From contig AP039704.1 of assembly GCA_051599415.1 (NCBI GenBank), positions 1 to 64,000 of the forward strand: a DNA stretch of 64,000 nucleotides, written 5' to 3'. The position numbers and the translations under genes were made by a program. The notes beneath the pieces are model-generated. The model made no database searches, was not told the DNA's origin, and saw only the letters and a program-made list of their open reading frames with translations. Origin of the DNA: Savitreella phatthalungensis (taxonomy: Eukaryota). Of the stretch, positions 40,740 to 53,074 are shown piece after piece. The number at the start of each line of letters is the position of its first letter. Positions within the stretch are counted from its first letter, which is position 1.

Positions 40740-41357
40740 GGTGTGTGGGTGTGGGTGTGAGAGGTGAGTGCGTAGGTGTGAGTGTAGGTGTGGAGAGTGA
40801 GTGAGTGTGAGTGAGTGTGAGTGTGAGTGTGAGTGAGACTGAGTCAGAGTGAGTGAGAGTGAGACTGAGTAAGAGTGAGAGAGGATTACTCGGCTGAATG
40901 ACTCAACTCTCTGTGCAGTTGCTCTGACCTTTGCGGTTGAGCGGCTGAGTGGAAGGAGACTGTGGGATCGTATCTTCCCTTGATCTGTTTATCAGTCAGT
41001 CCTTCTCTCTTCCACAGAGAAGCTCCAGACTAGACTGGAGAGAACTAAAGCTGGAGAGGGACAGAGAGAGAGAGAGAGGATGACGGTGGACTGGGGTAAT
41101 GACTCTCCTGGAGAAAGTGACTGACTCTCTGGGGGGAAGAAGGAGAGGGAGAGGGAGAGGGAGAGGTGACTCCACAGGTGAGGTCACTGGATGCTGAAGG
41201 AGGAGAGTTTGAGCGGGAGGATGAGTCAACCTGGAAGGGGATGTGGTCTAGTGGGAGGGGGGATTGACCTGCGACAGAACCCCTTTCGGAGGTTGAGAAC
41301 TGATTGTGGAGGATGAGGGTGAGAAGCCGAGGATGAGAAAGAGAGAGCCAGGGAGAG

Positions 41358-41397
<40 letters not shown>

Positions 41398-41460
41398 AGA
41401 GAGAGTGGCTCTGACTCTGGCTGTGACTCTGACTCTGGCTCTGACTCTGACTCACTCAGG
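40740..41460. repeat. Purine-rich microsatellite region upstream of ALT1: (GTGA/GAGT)n, (GA)n, (GACTCT)n
   Basis: (GT/GTGA)n at about 40790-40880, (GA)n at about 41340-41405, GACTCT/GGCTCT hexamers at about 41407-41455. Confidence 0.9.
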
Positions 41461-41858
41461 CAGTCAATCAATCGTTGACTCCTAGCAGATTGCAATTGAT
41501 TGATTCATTGATTGCTCTTGGAAATGCAGGATGAACGAGTGGGAAGATCGAATGCAGCACAAGCTCCATGAACTTCCAAAAATCAACCTTCTACCCCAGT
41601 CATGAAAGCTGATATTGAAATGATCTTATCAATCTTGAAATTTCTGCTTTTATTTTTATCAACTTTGATTAAATCAATTTCGACATCTCCGAGTCAACAA
41701 TCACAGGATTTCCTCCACTTGAATCACGTGTACGCAGCCGATCCACGTATTTCTCGTCATCATGCATTTGTTGCACTACACACGTCCACAGCTATGTACA
41801 GGGACACGGATTTATAGTCTACACTTGCTCAAGTGGTGGAGGTAGATAGATGTAGATA

Positions 41859-44038
41859 TCACTGAGCGTTGCCTGCCTTGCCCCATCGTATTTCTCCCAC
41901 TCTTCTCCCCTTACTAGGAGCACCAATCAGCCAGCCGATCCCTGACGTAATCGTGACTCCACAGCCGCTGCAAGTTGGCTTCCGTACACGACCGTCTACC
42001 TGAATGTCCTGTACAGATCCACCACCGTTCCAACAGGTAGAGCTTGCCTTGCTGCTCTCGTTGCTGATCTCGCTGCTTCCAGAAGTGACTTGGGCGCGTC
42101 TGTGATGTTGCTCTGACGTGCGTACTCCGTACTTGCATCTCCACCCCCGGACACATCCGACGTCATCCGCCTGAGGAGCGGTGGTGCACGTGGGTGACTG
42201 GGCAGGGCTACTTCCCGTGCAGACTTCTCCAGCTGCCTGTGGAGGTCTAGCAGCCTTGCCATCTCGCTCGCGGGACACCTCGACAGCGCTCGTGACAGCA
42301 GCTCGATCTTCTGCCCGTCCATGGCAGACGATTCCGCCGGATACCTGCACACCTGGTAAATCAGCCGCCACGTCCCATCCTCAACCACCTCTGCCCCTCC
42401 AGTATCGTCCCCGCCTCCCTGATGCCGCTGCTCCTCAGCATCAATCAGCTCGAGCGCGAACGGGAGATTGTCATACGATAAGGCTGCGTTGACCACGAGC
42501 TCGTTGAAGGCCGGCTCGTTTGGCAGGGTTTCCAAAGCCACACATACGTTCTGGTACAGACCGAGTAGACGGACGTGCTTTCTGTATGCACCGCGTTCCT
42601 GGACGACCCTCCCAATCAGCGCCAGGACAGCGTCACCGTCCGGAGCCTCGAGGAACGCCGACGGTGTGAGAGCGTCTGCGCCCCTGAACCCGGCCAGCTC
42701 CAGTAGCGCATCGACTAGGAGCTGAAGTCTCTTGACACGCTCGCCTGCGTGCTTCGGATGGATGACGCTTAGCAGGTCGGCACACCTCACAAGCTTGTCT
42801 TTGTCCTTGGTAAGCGATCCGGCGGTCTTGATGACGTCCCCGAACGCATCGAGTACGGACGATTCGACTTCTGCCGCTGGGATCGGCCGCGTGGACGTGG
42901 CGACGTAGAGCTTCCTGGCGGCGTCGAGATCGCCTCGCTTCAGGAGCGCTCTCAGGACGAGCCCCTCGATCTGTGCGCGATCGATCTGTGGTAGCAGGTC
43001 GCCACCGACCAGCTCCGCTCGCAGACTACTCACATCCGCAGTATCGTCCAATCGACGAGCGAGGTGATCCCGCTGTACAACCTCGTCTGCGTGTCTGAGC
43101 GTGTACAACGTGTACAGGGATACCCCTGGCCCGAGCATGTGCCTGACGCTTGTCAGTCGGGAGAACAGATCGATGTTGCCCATACTCGGAAACGTGATGG
43201 AGTCGGTGTCAAGCAGGTGTGAAGGTTCAGTTCGTAGGACTTTTGGATTGTCGTCTTGACCATAGACGGAGGTTGTGAATGAGTGTGCTGTCCTGGTGAG
43301 GACAATCCCGAGCTGTTTGAGACTGTGTGCTTGCGACTGTGGGTCTGGGCAGGCATAGCTGGCTGCGAGTGCTGTGGCGACGATGGTGCGCTTGGGTCCT
43401 ACGGCTAGACCATCTGCCTGGACGACGTGTGTGACGATCCTGAGGACTTGATCTAGGCGATCGGTCGTCTTGAGGATGTACTGGGCGACGCGATCGAAGA
43501 CGCCGACGTCACGTCTGTACGATGCCAGCGGGACGAGGACGTCGCTGATCAGCAGATCCGTGTCGTCGCTCGCCTTGTCCAACGTCATGCCGAGTAGAGC
43601 GCCTTCATCCAGCGACTCCAGATCGTCCACAGTCACCTTCTCATTCCCGAGCGATCGAAGCCTCCGCAGCGGCTCCACCACACCCTCCAGCCAAGCTCGA
43701 TCACTAGCACACCCATCGTACAAGGCGAACACGCTGTCGAGGTCGCCTGTCGTCCTGAGCACGTTGCGCGCGCGTGTCTGGAGGAACTCGTCTAGAGTGA
43801 TGGACTTGAGTGTGGGAACATTTCCAACGAGATCATTGACTTCCGTCACGGGATTGATCTCGATGCGCTCTCTCTTCACCAGGGCAGTGACTTGTGCAGC
43901 AGGGATGTACTCCGGCAGGTAGAGGAGGACAACCAGATAGACATCCTGAAGCTTCTCTCGATGCTCCACCTCATACGCAGACAGTCGTCCGACGTCGCCG
44001 TTTGATGCATACAGGAGTGCACCCTTCACAGCGTCCAT
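41859..44038 (-). CDS. SEC39: Sec39 (Dsl1 tethering complex) subunit; 3' end frame-disrupted
   Basis: N-terminal VLLYLPE, all-helical body, NAALSYDN..FA, W..IYQV..Y, ELLSRAL..CP; terminal SGIGWLIGA lies in another frame. Main frame stops at 41996. Confidence 0.75.
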
Positions 44039-44201
44039 CACCTCATCACTCAGTCACTCCGACACCTCGAACAGCTGTGCTTTTGTCTCTGTGACGTAGT
44101 CTGTATGAGTGCATTTCGTGCATAATAATAGTATAAGCATATCGTTCATTAAAACGTACAGATACAAATGCTAGTAGAGTGTGAAGCTCGATAGTCGGAG
44201 C

Positions 44202-46664
44202 TTAATAGTCAATTTGTGGGTAGTAGAACTTGCCCTTTGCGTCGGCTTGGTGGTGGAGTGCAATCACCTTTCTTGCAAGATGACGACGCTCAGCGTAGGG
44301 GTCGTTCTGGACGGGGATCTTGTCTGGGTAATGGGCTCGGTAGCGGTAAGGGTGTAGGTAGCCCTGTGGGACTCTGACGGAAGACTGTGTCGTGTGCTGC
44401 TGACCACTTGGACTGATGTTTTGCATTGTGGTGGTGATAAGTCCCTGAGCCGCCACGATGACTGTGTTGACCGTCCCATGCGGACTCGAGAGCGATTGAG
44501 TTGTGACCGTGCCACCATCGACCCGGCTCGTCTGCACGTTTGAGGTCGTCGGCGTGTTGCAGAGCATGTAAGGGTCGGTCGTAAGAGACGTATGGTGGAC
44601 TGGGACGGCAAAGTTGCCAGGGTTGCCCGGCATGAAGCGTGTGTCGGTGCGCGAGGGGACATGTGTGGACTGGATGATTTCGTGCTTGGGAATATCGATG
44701 TACTCCTCGAACCCCCAGGCGCTCAACACCGGATACTGCGTGGCGACGTACGGCTTGCCGCGGCGACGCTCGCGCTCGTGACGACGACGCTCTCGCTCGT
44801 GATGCGCAGCGGCATCTTGCTCTGCGCTCGCTGATGGAACGTACCGGTACGGGTCGAAGTTGGCGGCCGAGTGCTTGCAGAATTGGTGCGGGCACGTCTC
44901 GTGGTTCGTACATGGCGCCATGACGATCGGCTCCTCGAAGCGGCCGAATCGACAGTCCCCGAGCGTTTGATAGTCCAGCCCGATCTCGTACAGCCGGAAG
45001 GTGGCGTCGGTCATCATGTGGTCCTGACGCGTCTCGTGCAGCTCGCAGTCACAATTAGGCACGAACCAGACCATGCCGGCCGTTTCCGCCGGTGTGTCAA
45101 GCGGATTGGTCGATTTGGCCTGAGCGGTGCAGTACCTGGGATTGGGAGCCAGATAAGGGACGAGCTTTGTTGTCTGCAGGTTGTGGACTTTGTCGGCAGA
45201 TTGACGACCGGCGTATGCTTTGCGATGTCCTTCAAAGATTGCCTTGTCAGCGGCACGCTCTGCTCGTCTGAGCTCCTCCTCGTGCTGCGCTTGAGCTTCG
45301 CGGAGCTCGCGCGCTTGGCGTGCTCGACGATCATAAGAATGCCTCTGCTCGGGCGGAGGGGACTGCAGTCGGACTGTCTTTGTCGATAGTTCCTTGGGAA
45401 CGTCGATGAAGCTACTGGTCTGGCTGTAGTCGACGTCTTCGGAGCTGTCCGAGTCGTAGTACACATTGGCACCGAAGACTGGGATCGTGGCAGGTCCAGC
45501 TTTGGCTTTACCCTTGCGAGCTCTGACGAGACGTGCTTGGTGTGCGGCTTCGGCGGCTAGTTGCTGGTGCGAGGTTGCTTGATTGGAAACCTCGGACAGA
45601 TTGTCGTCTTCGCTCCCACTCTCGCTCTCAGCCTCATCCGCTGCGTCGTACATACCAAAGACTCCCCTCGCGAGTTCGTCGATGTAAGCGTGTACTTGGT
45701 CTTTTGTCAGCGTGGCGAGGTACTCTGAGCGGCTGCTGACCTCAGTCGCGAGGACGAGGAGGTCAGCTGCAGGGATGCGGCCGAAGCTCTTCATCTGAGA
45801 AAGCTCGATAGCCATGTCGACAGCCTGGCTGCCCATGGTCTTGCGTAGCTGGGACTCAAACTCTTGCCTGCTGTGAAGGAGGCGGATCTCGTCGAGGGCT
45901 CCTTCGTCGTCGATGACGCCGAGTTGAATCGCGGCGCTACGTGCGAGCATCTCGCTCAATGCCTCAGCACTGGCTGAGGGCTGCATGTGCATCGGCAGCG
46001 CACGCTCGTGCTCCGCCTGCAGACGGGCGAGGTACAACGCCTTCGGGTCGATGCCCTGAGTAGAGGCAACCGTGATGCGCCTCTCCGGGATGGTGGTGGG
46101 CACTTGGACCGGCGGACGACGGAGAGACTCCTTGGTCGCCATGGCCGCGCGCGCCGCAGAAACAGAGTCGATCGACGTGCGAGCGGTCTCGGTTGAGTTG
46201 CGTGATGCTGAAAGCTTCGAGCGACGGGATTCCTGGCTGTAGCGCGAGCGCGCGCGGTCGTTGTCCTCAGCAAGCTCAGCGAGCTCGGAGAGTGTTAGAT
46301 TGGACTCGACAGGAGTCTCGACCCATGGCTTGGGAACCCTAGGAAGAGGCTTCTCGGAGGAGACAATGCGCTTGGGTTGAAGGACTGGCGAGGCGGCTGG
46401 GCGGCGCAAGGTCCTGTTGGCGAGTGTGTGGACGCGAGGCTCGAGGATTGTGGCCTTGGACTTCTTGTCCTTCTTGTCATTCTTGTCCTTCTTCGTCTTG
46501 ACTTTGTCGACGAGCTTGCTGAAGAACTTGGAGATCTTGTTCTTCTTGACGGCGCGGTCGGTATTGGTCTTCGTGTTGTTGGTCTTCATGTTGTTGGTCT
46601 TCATGTTGTTGGTCTTCGTGTTATTGGTCTTCGTGGTGTTGGTCTTGGAAATGTTAGCACCCAT
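44202..46664 (-). CDS. Orphan 820-aa protein, predicted N-myristoylated
   Basis: Long ORF with GC3 bias; MGANIS start, about 6 KTNN(T/M) 15-bp repeats at 46562-46646, Lys-rich patch, Cys/His clusters near the C-terminus. Confidence 0.8.
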   Translation of the reverse strand: MGANISKTNTTKTNNTKTNNMKTNNMKTNNTKTNTDRAVKKNKISKFFSKLVDKVKTKKDKNDKKDKKSKATILEPRVHTLANRTLRRPAASPVLQPKRIVSSEKPLPRVPKPWVETPVESNLTLSELAELAEDNDRARSRYSQESRRSKLSASRNSTETARTSIDSVSAARAAMATKESLRRPPVQVPTTIPERRITVASTQGIDPKALYLARLQAEHERALPMHMQPSASAEALSEMLARSAAIQLGVIDDEGALDEIRLLHSRQEFESQLRKTMGSQAVDMAIELSQMKSFGRIPAADLLVLATEVSSRSEYLATLTKDQVHAYIDELARGVFGMYDAADEAESESGSEDDNLSEVSNQATSHQQLAAEAAHQARLVRARKGKAKAGPATIPVFGANVYYDSDSSEDVDYSQTSSFIDVPKELSTKTVRLQSPPPEQRHSYDRRARQARELREAQAQHEEELRRAERAADKAIFEGHRKAYAGRQSADKVHNLQTTKLVPYLAPNPRYCTAQAKSTNPLDTPAETAGMVWFVPNCDCELHETRQDHMMTDATFRLYEIGLDYQTLGDCRFGRFEEPIVMAPCTNHETCPHQFCKHSAANFDPYRYVPSASAEQDAAAHHERERRRHERERRRGKPYVATQYPVLSAWGFEEYIDIPKHEIIQSTHVPSRTDTRFMPGNPGNFAVPVHHTSLTTDPYMLCNTPTTSNVQTSRVDGGTVTTQSLSSPHGTVNTVIVAAQGLITTTMQNISPSGQQHTTQSSVRVPQGYLHPYRYRAHYPDKIPVQNDPYAERRHLARKVIALHHQADAKGKFYYPQIDY

Positions 46665-46951
46665 GATGATGCTGATATACGCTTGAAACTGTGATGATAG
46701 CTTCAGTCTGGAGTGTGTTTGATGGATGGCTATGTCGAGGGCAAGGGCGACTTTTATAACGTTTCGGCGAGCGGACGATCGAGAAGAAGGACCAATGCGA
46801 TGGGCATTGACTGCTCATGGAGGTGGCTAGCATGCGCGTCATTACGCAAGAGGACGATCAATGTCAGGAGCATTGACTGCGATTGGATATGACTTGTATG
46901 CGTATCTTTGCGCAATTGAGATGTCAGGTCCCGCTGTCAAAAGGCCTAATG

Positions 46952-47032
46952 GTTGCCAAAAGTCTTCCCAATCGTGCAGTTGCCAAAAGTCTTCCCAATC
47001 GTGCAGTTGCCAAAAGTCTTCCCAATCGTGCA
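46952..47032. repeat. Perfect 27-bp tandem repeat x3
   Basis: GTTGCCAAAAGTCTTCCCAATCGTGCA at 46952, 46979 and 47006. Confidence 0.95.
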
Positions 47033-47084
47033 GTACAGGTGTAACGGTGGCTGGCCGTTCAGGAGGAGATGAGATACGAGATTC

Positions 47085-50060
47085 TCAAACGACTTTGTAA
47101 CGCGACCCAGATTCTGCATCATGGACAGCACCTTCGAGCAGGAGGCTCCGGAGTGCATGAACCGCGTCGCTTACGGCAGCTTCCGTCGTGCCCTCAATTA
47201 GCAGGTATAATTTCGGAATGCCCTCAGGGGCGACGGATCCCGGCTTCACGTATTGACCTTGTGTCGTGATACTCGTACCAGTGGACTCGAGCACCCTTGC
47301 GATATTGCTTCGATTTGTGACACCCCAACGAGCCTTCTGAGGATAGTCATTGATCTCGAGCATGGCTCGGAACTCAGTAGCATCGCCTGTGGACGCTGTG
47401 GTGGTGGCGGTTGGTGTCGCCAGCTGACCGCCAGTCCTGATCCTGTTATTGATGGCTTCGATGCGTGCACGAGCAGCGGCCACGGGGTCAGTCGCTCTAA
47501 CAGAGGTGGGCTGTGTCGCCGCAGGTGCTGGGCGCGCGTCACGAGCGATACGCTCGATCTTGACCGGTGCATCGGGCTTGATCGCAGTGATCTCCTGCTC
47601 TGTTGGCTCGGGCGCCGCATCTACAGCATCTTCCTCAGCAATGCGAGCCTCAGCCTCAAGCACATCACCTTCAGCGTCCTCGCCGTATTCCTTGCGCTGC
47701 TGCTTGAGCTCGGTGTCCCTAGCCGAGTCAAACTTGTCGAGACCCGTGCCACCGAAACCCCAACCGACCTTCTCTTGCCCTGCCTTGAGCTTCTGATCGA
47801 AAGCATCGGCCATGAGCTGGAGCTGCTCCGGAACTTCCTGCTTGCTCATCTTCAGTGCCTTTGAGATCATGTGTGCATAACGCTGCTGATCCGAACCGAC
47901 AAAGGTGACGGCTGTGCCAGTCTGACCCGCTCGACCTGTGCGTCCGACGCGATGCACGTAGTCTTCTAAGTGATTTGGACAGTCGTAGTTGATGACAAGC
48001 TTGAGCTGCCTGACGTCGAGACCTCTCGCTGCGACGCTTGTAGCGATCAGGACGGGAAAGACGCCGTTCTTGAAGTCGCGGATCGTGGAGTCGCGGTCGA
48101 ATTGGTCTTTGCCGCCATGTAGCGTATCGCACGGGTATCCACGCCGCATCAGCTGGGAGAGGAGCGACTCAGCTGCGTCCTGCCTCTCGACGAAGATCAG
48201 TGTGCGGACGTCCTCATCAATTTTGTACAGCTCCCCGAGGAGCTCAAGCACTCTGGCAAACTTGCCAGGGTCAGGATCGGGCGCACGCACCTCAACAATC
48301 TGCTTGATCTCGGGCGCAACGACGCTGCGGCCACCGACGACGATTTCGAGCGGCCTGTGTTTCAGGACCTTTTTTGCAAGGTTCTCCATCTGGCGGGGAA
48401 ACGTGGCAGAGAAGAGGATGGTCTGTCTGTCGGGTTGGATGTTGTCGACAATGCGAGTGACCTGAGGCTCGAAACCCATGTCAAACATGCGGTCTGCTTC
48501 GTCGAGAACGCAGTAGGTCACCCTGCGGAGATTGGTGACGCGGCCGTTGTTGGCAGCGAGTAGATCGATCATGCGGCCTGGTGTACACACGACGATCTCC
48601 GCGCCTCGCCTGAGGTCAGCGATCTGCTCTGCGATTGGAGATCCGCCATAGGCGCAAACAGCACGCAAATTGAGCGCTCTTAGGAATGGCCTGCACTCGC
48701 GGAAGATCTGCGTCGCCAGCTCTCGCGTCGGTGTCAGAATCAAACCGATCGGACCTTCATTCGCAGCCAAGGGTCGCTGATCCTTGATGTGGCGGAACAT
48801 AGGGAGGAGGAATGCGACGGTCTTGCCGGATCCCGTCTTTGCGACGCCGATGACGTCTCGGCCAGACATGATTGCTGGCATCGCCTGCGCCTGGATCGGC
48901 GACGGGTGATCGTAGCCCAGCGTGCGGATGACGTCGAGCGTTGTGCCTGGCAGACCGCATTGACCCCATGTCTGGACTGGTTTTGGACAATCCTTGCCTC
49001 GAATTGCGATGCCGTCTAGCAGCAATCTGACTCCATCTGCCTGCTCGTCTGTCATGGCTGCCAGCTCAGGCGGCTCGACGTAGAACTCCTTGTTGAAGTG
49101 CTCGTACACTTCCTTGGAGTGATCGACCGCAGGAATATCTTTGCGCCTAGCATTCGCAGCCTTTGCTGCTATCGCCATGATGTCTGTCGTCTCAGCCGGA
49201 GCATCCTCTTCCATAGCAAACTCGTCATCGTCCTCGATCAATGTTGGTTTGTCATCTGATGGTTGGTGCTTGAGCTTCTGTGCATTGTCCGCCATGAATG
49301 CCTCCAACGGGTCATCTTCGACATCCTCGACAGGAGCTACGGCCTTGGACGGCTGTCTATCAGACTCTTCGAAGTCGAAGCCCCTGCGAATCTCCTGATT
49401 CTTGCTCATCCCAATCTTGCCGAAGCCACGGCCTGTCATGACGGAGCTCGATGGGGCAGGCTTCGCGGGAACGGCTGCGACATTCGAGACTTGTCCCATG
49501 GGCGCTGCACCCTGTAGCTTCTGGCGCTTCCATTGCAGCAGACGTTCCTGTCGAGCTTTAAGCTTCTCATCAGTCTCCGTGCGTGAATCGACCGTAGTTC
49601 GTCCAACCGCAGCAGGATTCGGCTCTCTTGCCTGTCTCGGAGCGTCGAAGCGGGATCTGCGTGGTGCACTTGACTGAGCGCTTATCTCAGCACTTGGCTG
49701 AGCAAGTGGCTGGTTACTTGACTGAGCATCGGGCTGAGCTCTTGCATTTACGCTTGGCTGATCGAACCTGGATGCACGAGTGACTTGGCGCCTGTCCTCT
49801 CTCGGTTCTAGCCGACCGTACCTGGCAGACGTAGGCGAGCGATCGCGACCTCTGTCTCGGTCGCGATCATATCCGTGGTCCCGGTCACGGTCGCGCTGAC
49901 GGTCTAGATCCCTGTGTGACTCGTCCCGCCTGACACGCCAGTCGCGGTCATCATCGTCACGGGACGGGTATTGACGGCGCGGTCGATGGTTGGGATCACT
50001 TCCGCCGGCTGCTCGGGAGTATCGTCCCTGGTCTGGATGATTATTACGCCTATGAGACAT
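47085..50060 (-). CDS. PRP5: Spliceosomal DEAD-box helicase Prp5/DDX46
   Basis: RD-rich N-terminus, [42 protein letters not shown]-terminal [12 protein letters not shown]. Confidence 0.97.
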   Translation of the reverse strand: MSHRRNNHPDQGRYSRAAGGSDPNHRPRRQYPSRDDDDRDWRVRRDESHRDLDRQRDRDRDHGYDRDRDRGRDRSPTSARYGRLEPREDRRQVTRASRFDQPSVNARAQPDAQSSNQPLAQPSAEISAQSSAPRRSRFDAPRQAREPNPAAVGRTTVDSRTETDEKLKARQERLLQWKRQKLQGAAPMGQVSNVAAVPAKPAPSSSVMTGRGFGKIGMSKNQEIRRGFDFEESDRQPSKAVAPVEDVEDDPLEAFMADNAQKLKHQPSDDKPTLIEDDDEFAMEEDAPAETTDIMAIAAKAANARRKDIPAVDHSKEVYEHFNKEFYVEPPELAAMTDEQADGVRLLLDGIAIRGKDCPKPVQTWGQCGLPGTTLDVIRTLGYDHPSPIQAQAMPAIMSGRDVIGVAKTGSGKTVAFLLPMFRHIKDQRPLAANEGPIGLILTPTRELATQIFRECRPFLRALNLRAVCAYGGSPIAEQIADLRRGAEIVVCTPGRMIDLLAANNGRVTNLRRVTYCVLDEADRMFDMGFEPQVTRIVDNIQPDRQTILFSATFPRQMENLAKKVLKHRPLEIVVGGRSVVAPEIKQIVEVRAPDPDPGKFARVLELLGELYKIDEDVRTLIFVERQDAAESLLSQLMRRGYPCDTLHGGKDQFDRDSTIRDFKNGVFPVLIATSVAARGLDVRQLKLVINYDCPNHLEDYVHRVGRTGRAGQTGTAVTFVGSDQQRYAHMISKALKMSKQEVPEQLQLMADAFDQKLKAGQEKVGWGFGGTGLDKFDSARDTELKQQRKEYGEDAEGDVLEAEARIAEEDAVDAAPEPTEQEITAIKPDAPVKIERIARDARPAPAATQPTSVRATDPVAAARARIEAINNRIRTGGQLATPTATTTASTGDATEFRAMLEINDYPQKARWGVTNRSNIARVLESTGTSITTQGQYVKPGSVAPEGIPKLYLLIEGTTEAAVSDAVHALRSLLLEGAVHDAESGSRYKVV

Positions 50061-50531
50061 GTGTCTGACAAAGCATCGTCAACACAGCCTCCGATGCGAG
50101 CTCTATGCTACACATCGGAAATAAAGATGTCGTCCTTGTCTTTATGTTTGATCTGAGAATGAGGATACGTGGGATGTGTTTGGATGCACGGGAACGGACT
50201 GGAGGATTTGTTACATTCCATCCGACCCACGCTCAAGGGCACCTTCTACGCTTACGGTCAAGGTCACTACGACTCGTCTGATCGCGAGCGAGAGTGCTGA
50301 CAATTCGGAGTCACGCATCCACACGCGCATGCTGGATTAAGCAAGGGAGGACAAATATTTGCTTGTCTACTTGCTAAGGCACTTGCTCGTGATAGTGTCA
50401 TCTGCCTTATCTACCTGTTGTTGCTCCTGCCGATTGCGTCAGGGCAGTCACGGTCACGGTCTGACATCTGCGTCACAGTCACGGTCTGGGTTACGGCCGG
50501 TCAGGATGAACGGGATGCTGAGGGATGTCGG

Positions 50532-52904
50532 ATGTCGGATGCGATTGCGGGCGTAGATTCCGGTCGACGTAGGCCTTATAGCGCTCGAGGACGGCACTCT
50601 AGGGACCAGAACGATACGGGCGCTGCTGCTGCACGCGCCAGGCCAGTGTCGTCCCTCTACAAGCTGTCAAAGTACTTTGCGCTCTTCTCAATCATTGTAT
50701 ACAGCCTAGTGCTAGTCATGGGCAGTGGTCATGATCCTCCTCCGCCGCTCCCGCAGCGTACCAGGGCTTCTGGTGGCTGGCACGCTTCCAGTACACCGAA
50801 AGGCACGCCGCCGCCGATCAATCTGGCGACGAAGCCGCCGTCTTCAGTGTCGAATCTGTTCTCGGGCGACGGCCTCGGCTCTGACGATCCGCGGACATAC
50901 TTTGGTTCGCGTGCGCACACAGTCACGCCTGTGAATATGGACGGCCACAAGGGACCCATCCAGACACATACCTGGTACGCGAATTTGATGCTGGGCAACG
51001 GTAGCCAGCAGTCCTGGCCGATGCCGTACGTCGTGTCTTGGGCCGGTGATGGATTATGGGTGCATCACCCAGACGAGGCTGACCTGGTATTTGGACCGGA
51101 TGCTCAGACAGACCCGCCAAAGTACTTCTATGCTCCTGTGAACATCCACAGCCTGAAGCTCGGCTCGGCCAGCACCGTCCAGTCGTTCAACTTACAGAGA
51201 ATTGCGAAGCTGAGTGTGGAGATCCACGCGCGCACAGCGTCTGGAACCATCGTGTATCCGCTGTCGGTCGGCGCAGCCTTCATCACTGCGGTGTATGAGA
51301 ACGAGATCCCACGCGTGACATCGGAGGTGTTCTTCCGGGCGTTCGAGGGGCCAATGCAGTTGGGGCACAACACGAGCCGGTGGCGAGCGACGCTTGAAAA
51401 CGGGACGGTGTGGCACATCTACTGGAGTGGATCCTCCCAATTGCACCTTAGGAAGCAGGACAACGCGACCTTGACTGGCAGCGGCCGCCTTTCTGGGGTG
51501 CTGCAGGTGGCAAAGGTGAAGACGCCTGAGGCTCAAAAGGTGTTCGACCTGAACGCTGGCACGTACGTGACGACGATCACGCTGGGCGCAAGCGTCTCTG
51601 GCACTTCCGGCACCTACACCTACACCTTTCACAAGCAGGGTCTCGGTAAACCACTGGCATTCGCACTCCCCCATCATCTCGCCTCCTTCGACGCGACCAC
51701 GCAATCCGCCGTCCAGCACAGCATCCGTTTGATCTCCCAGACAAAGGGCAACATGACACTTGTCGCCTGCGGCCAGTGGACAATGGTGGAAGGCTCGCTG
51801 CCGGACGAAGATGCGATTGCGCTTGTGCCGAAGATGGACGATCGGACTAAAGGTGCGGTAAAGCGGTCACTGGATGCCGATCTCGCTGGTAATCAGACGC
51901 AGGCTGGCGCAGACTCGATGTACTACGCTGGGAAGGCGCTTGCGAGGACCGCACAGCTAGTCCTGCTAGCTCGCGCAGTCGGCCATGCCCAGGCTGCACA
52001 GGCCTTGAAGGATTTCGAGTCGAAGCTGATGGTGTTTGTCAACAACAAGCAGCAGTGGCCGCTGGTGTACGACACGACGTGGGGAGGTATCGTTTCGACT
52101 GCCGGGTTCGCCAACGGCGACGGTGCTGACTTCGGCGGGACGTGGTACAACGACCATCACTTCCACTACGGCTACCACATCTACGCCGCAGCCGCGTACC
52201 TCACGCTCGCTCCCAGCACAGCCGCAAACCGCGACAAGGTCCGCAAGTGGGCGTCCTTCCTCGTCAGAGACGCCGCCTCACCATTCACCGACACAGCCTT
52301 CCCCTTCTCACGCGCGTTTGACTGGTTCGTTGGCCACTCGTGGTCGACGGGTCTGTACGAGCGCGCTGATGGGAAGGACGAGGAGTCGTCGAGCGAGGAT
52401 GTGATGTTTTCGTACGGTGCATACGTGTTCGGGGTTGCGACGGGTGATGCTGCGCTTGCTGCGCGTGGTCGACTGATGCTCGCAATCCAGCGCCGGAGTC
52501 TGAACACGTACATGCTGATGTCGCCGACCGCGCATGTGATGCCTGGCAAGTTCGCAGACAACTATGTGTCTGGCATCACGTTCATGAATAAGGTCGACTG
52601 CACTACCTGGTTCGGCAACAACCCGGAGTACATCCACGGCATCCACATGCTCCCGCACGTTCCCACGACCTACTACATCCGCGACAAGCAGCAGGCCAAG
52701 GGTGAATGGGATAATCGGCTAGCTCAAGTGATCGAAACCGTCCAGGACGGTTGGCGGGGTGTGCTGATGGCCAACACGGCCATCTGGGACAAGTCCAAGG
52801 CTTGGACGTTCTTCTCAGACATGAACTTCAATAGGAACTTTCTCGACGACGGCGCTTCACAGTCGTGGTACCTGGCCATGGTGGGCCTGTCGCAGGCAGG
52901 ATGA
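50532..52904 (+). CDS. GH81 endo-1,3-beta-glucanase (alternative ATG at 50718)
   Basis: PIQTHTWYANL, ADFGGTWYNDHHFHYGYH, GKDEESSSED catalytic motif, EYIHGIHMLP. First ATG is 50532 (track start is TTG). Confidence 0.96.
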   Translation: MSDAIAGVDSGRRRPYSARGRHSRDQNDTGAAAARARPVSSLYKLSKYFALFSIIVYSLVLVMGSGHDPPPPLPQRTRASGGWHASSTPKGTPPPINLATKPPSSVSNLFSGDGLGSDDPRTYFGSRAHTVTPVNMDGHKGPIQTHTWYANLMLGNGSQQSWPMPYVVSWAGDGLWVHHPDEADLVFGPDAQTDPPKYFYAPVNIHSLKLGSASTVQSFNLQRIAKLSVEIHARTASGTIVYPLSVGAAFITAVYENEIPRVTSEVFFRAFEGPMQLGHNTSRWRATLENGTVWHIYWSGSSQLHLRKQDNATLTGSGRLSGVLQVAKVKTPEAQKVFDLNAGTYVTTITLGASVSGTSGTYTYTFHKQGLGKPLAFALPHHLASFDATTQSAVQHSIRLISQTKGNMTLVACGQWTMVEGSLPDEDAIALVPKMDDRTKGAVKRSLDADLAGNQTQAGADSMYYAGKALARTAQLVLLARAVGHAQAAQALKDFESKLMVFVNNKQQWPLVYDTTWGGIVSTAGFANGDGADFGGTWYNDHHFHYGYHIYAAAAYLTLAPSTAANRDKVRKWASFLVRDAASPFTDTAFPFSRAFDWFVGHSWSTGLYERADGKDEESSSEDVMFSYGAYVFGVATGDAALAARGRLMLAIQRRSLNTYMLMSPTAHVMPGKFADNYVSGITFMNKVDCTTWFGNNPEYIHGIHMLPHVPTTYYIRDKQQAKGEWDNRLAQVIETVQDGWRGVLMANTAIWDKSKAWTFFSDMNFNRNFLDDGASQSWYLAMVGLSQAG

Positions 52905-53074
52905 GTGGCACATATTCAGTGGCCGCCTGAGTGACACATAGTAGCGGCAAGCGAGTATTCACTAATGGCTGGGTGTAGAGATTTTTTTTATTCCTAACGA
53001 ACTCTTTTATTCTGCCGTCGAGCAGAAGCTCGAGATGCGAAGTGCGAGTTGCATATTTTTCGGGTGAAAGGTCT

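Noticed and set aside
41045..41495. SQ/SL/ES-repeat ORFs upstream of ALT1
   Set aside because: Translations of microsatellites.
46952..47032. CRISPR-like array (also the 54-bp array at 2.2 kb)
   Set aside because: Head-to-tail repeats without spacers, no cas genes, eukaryotic context.
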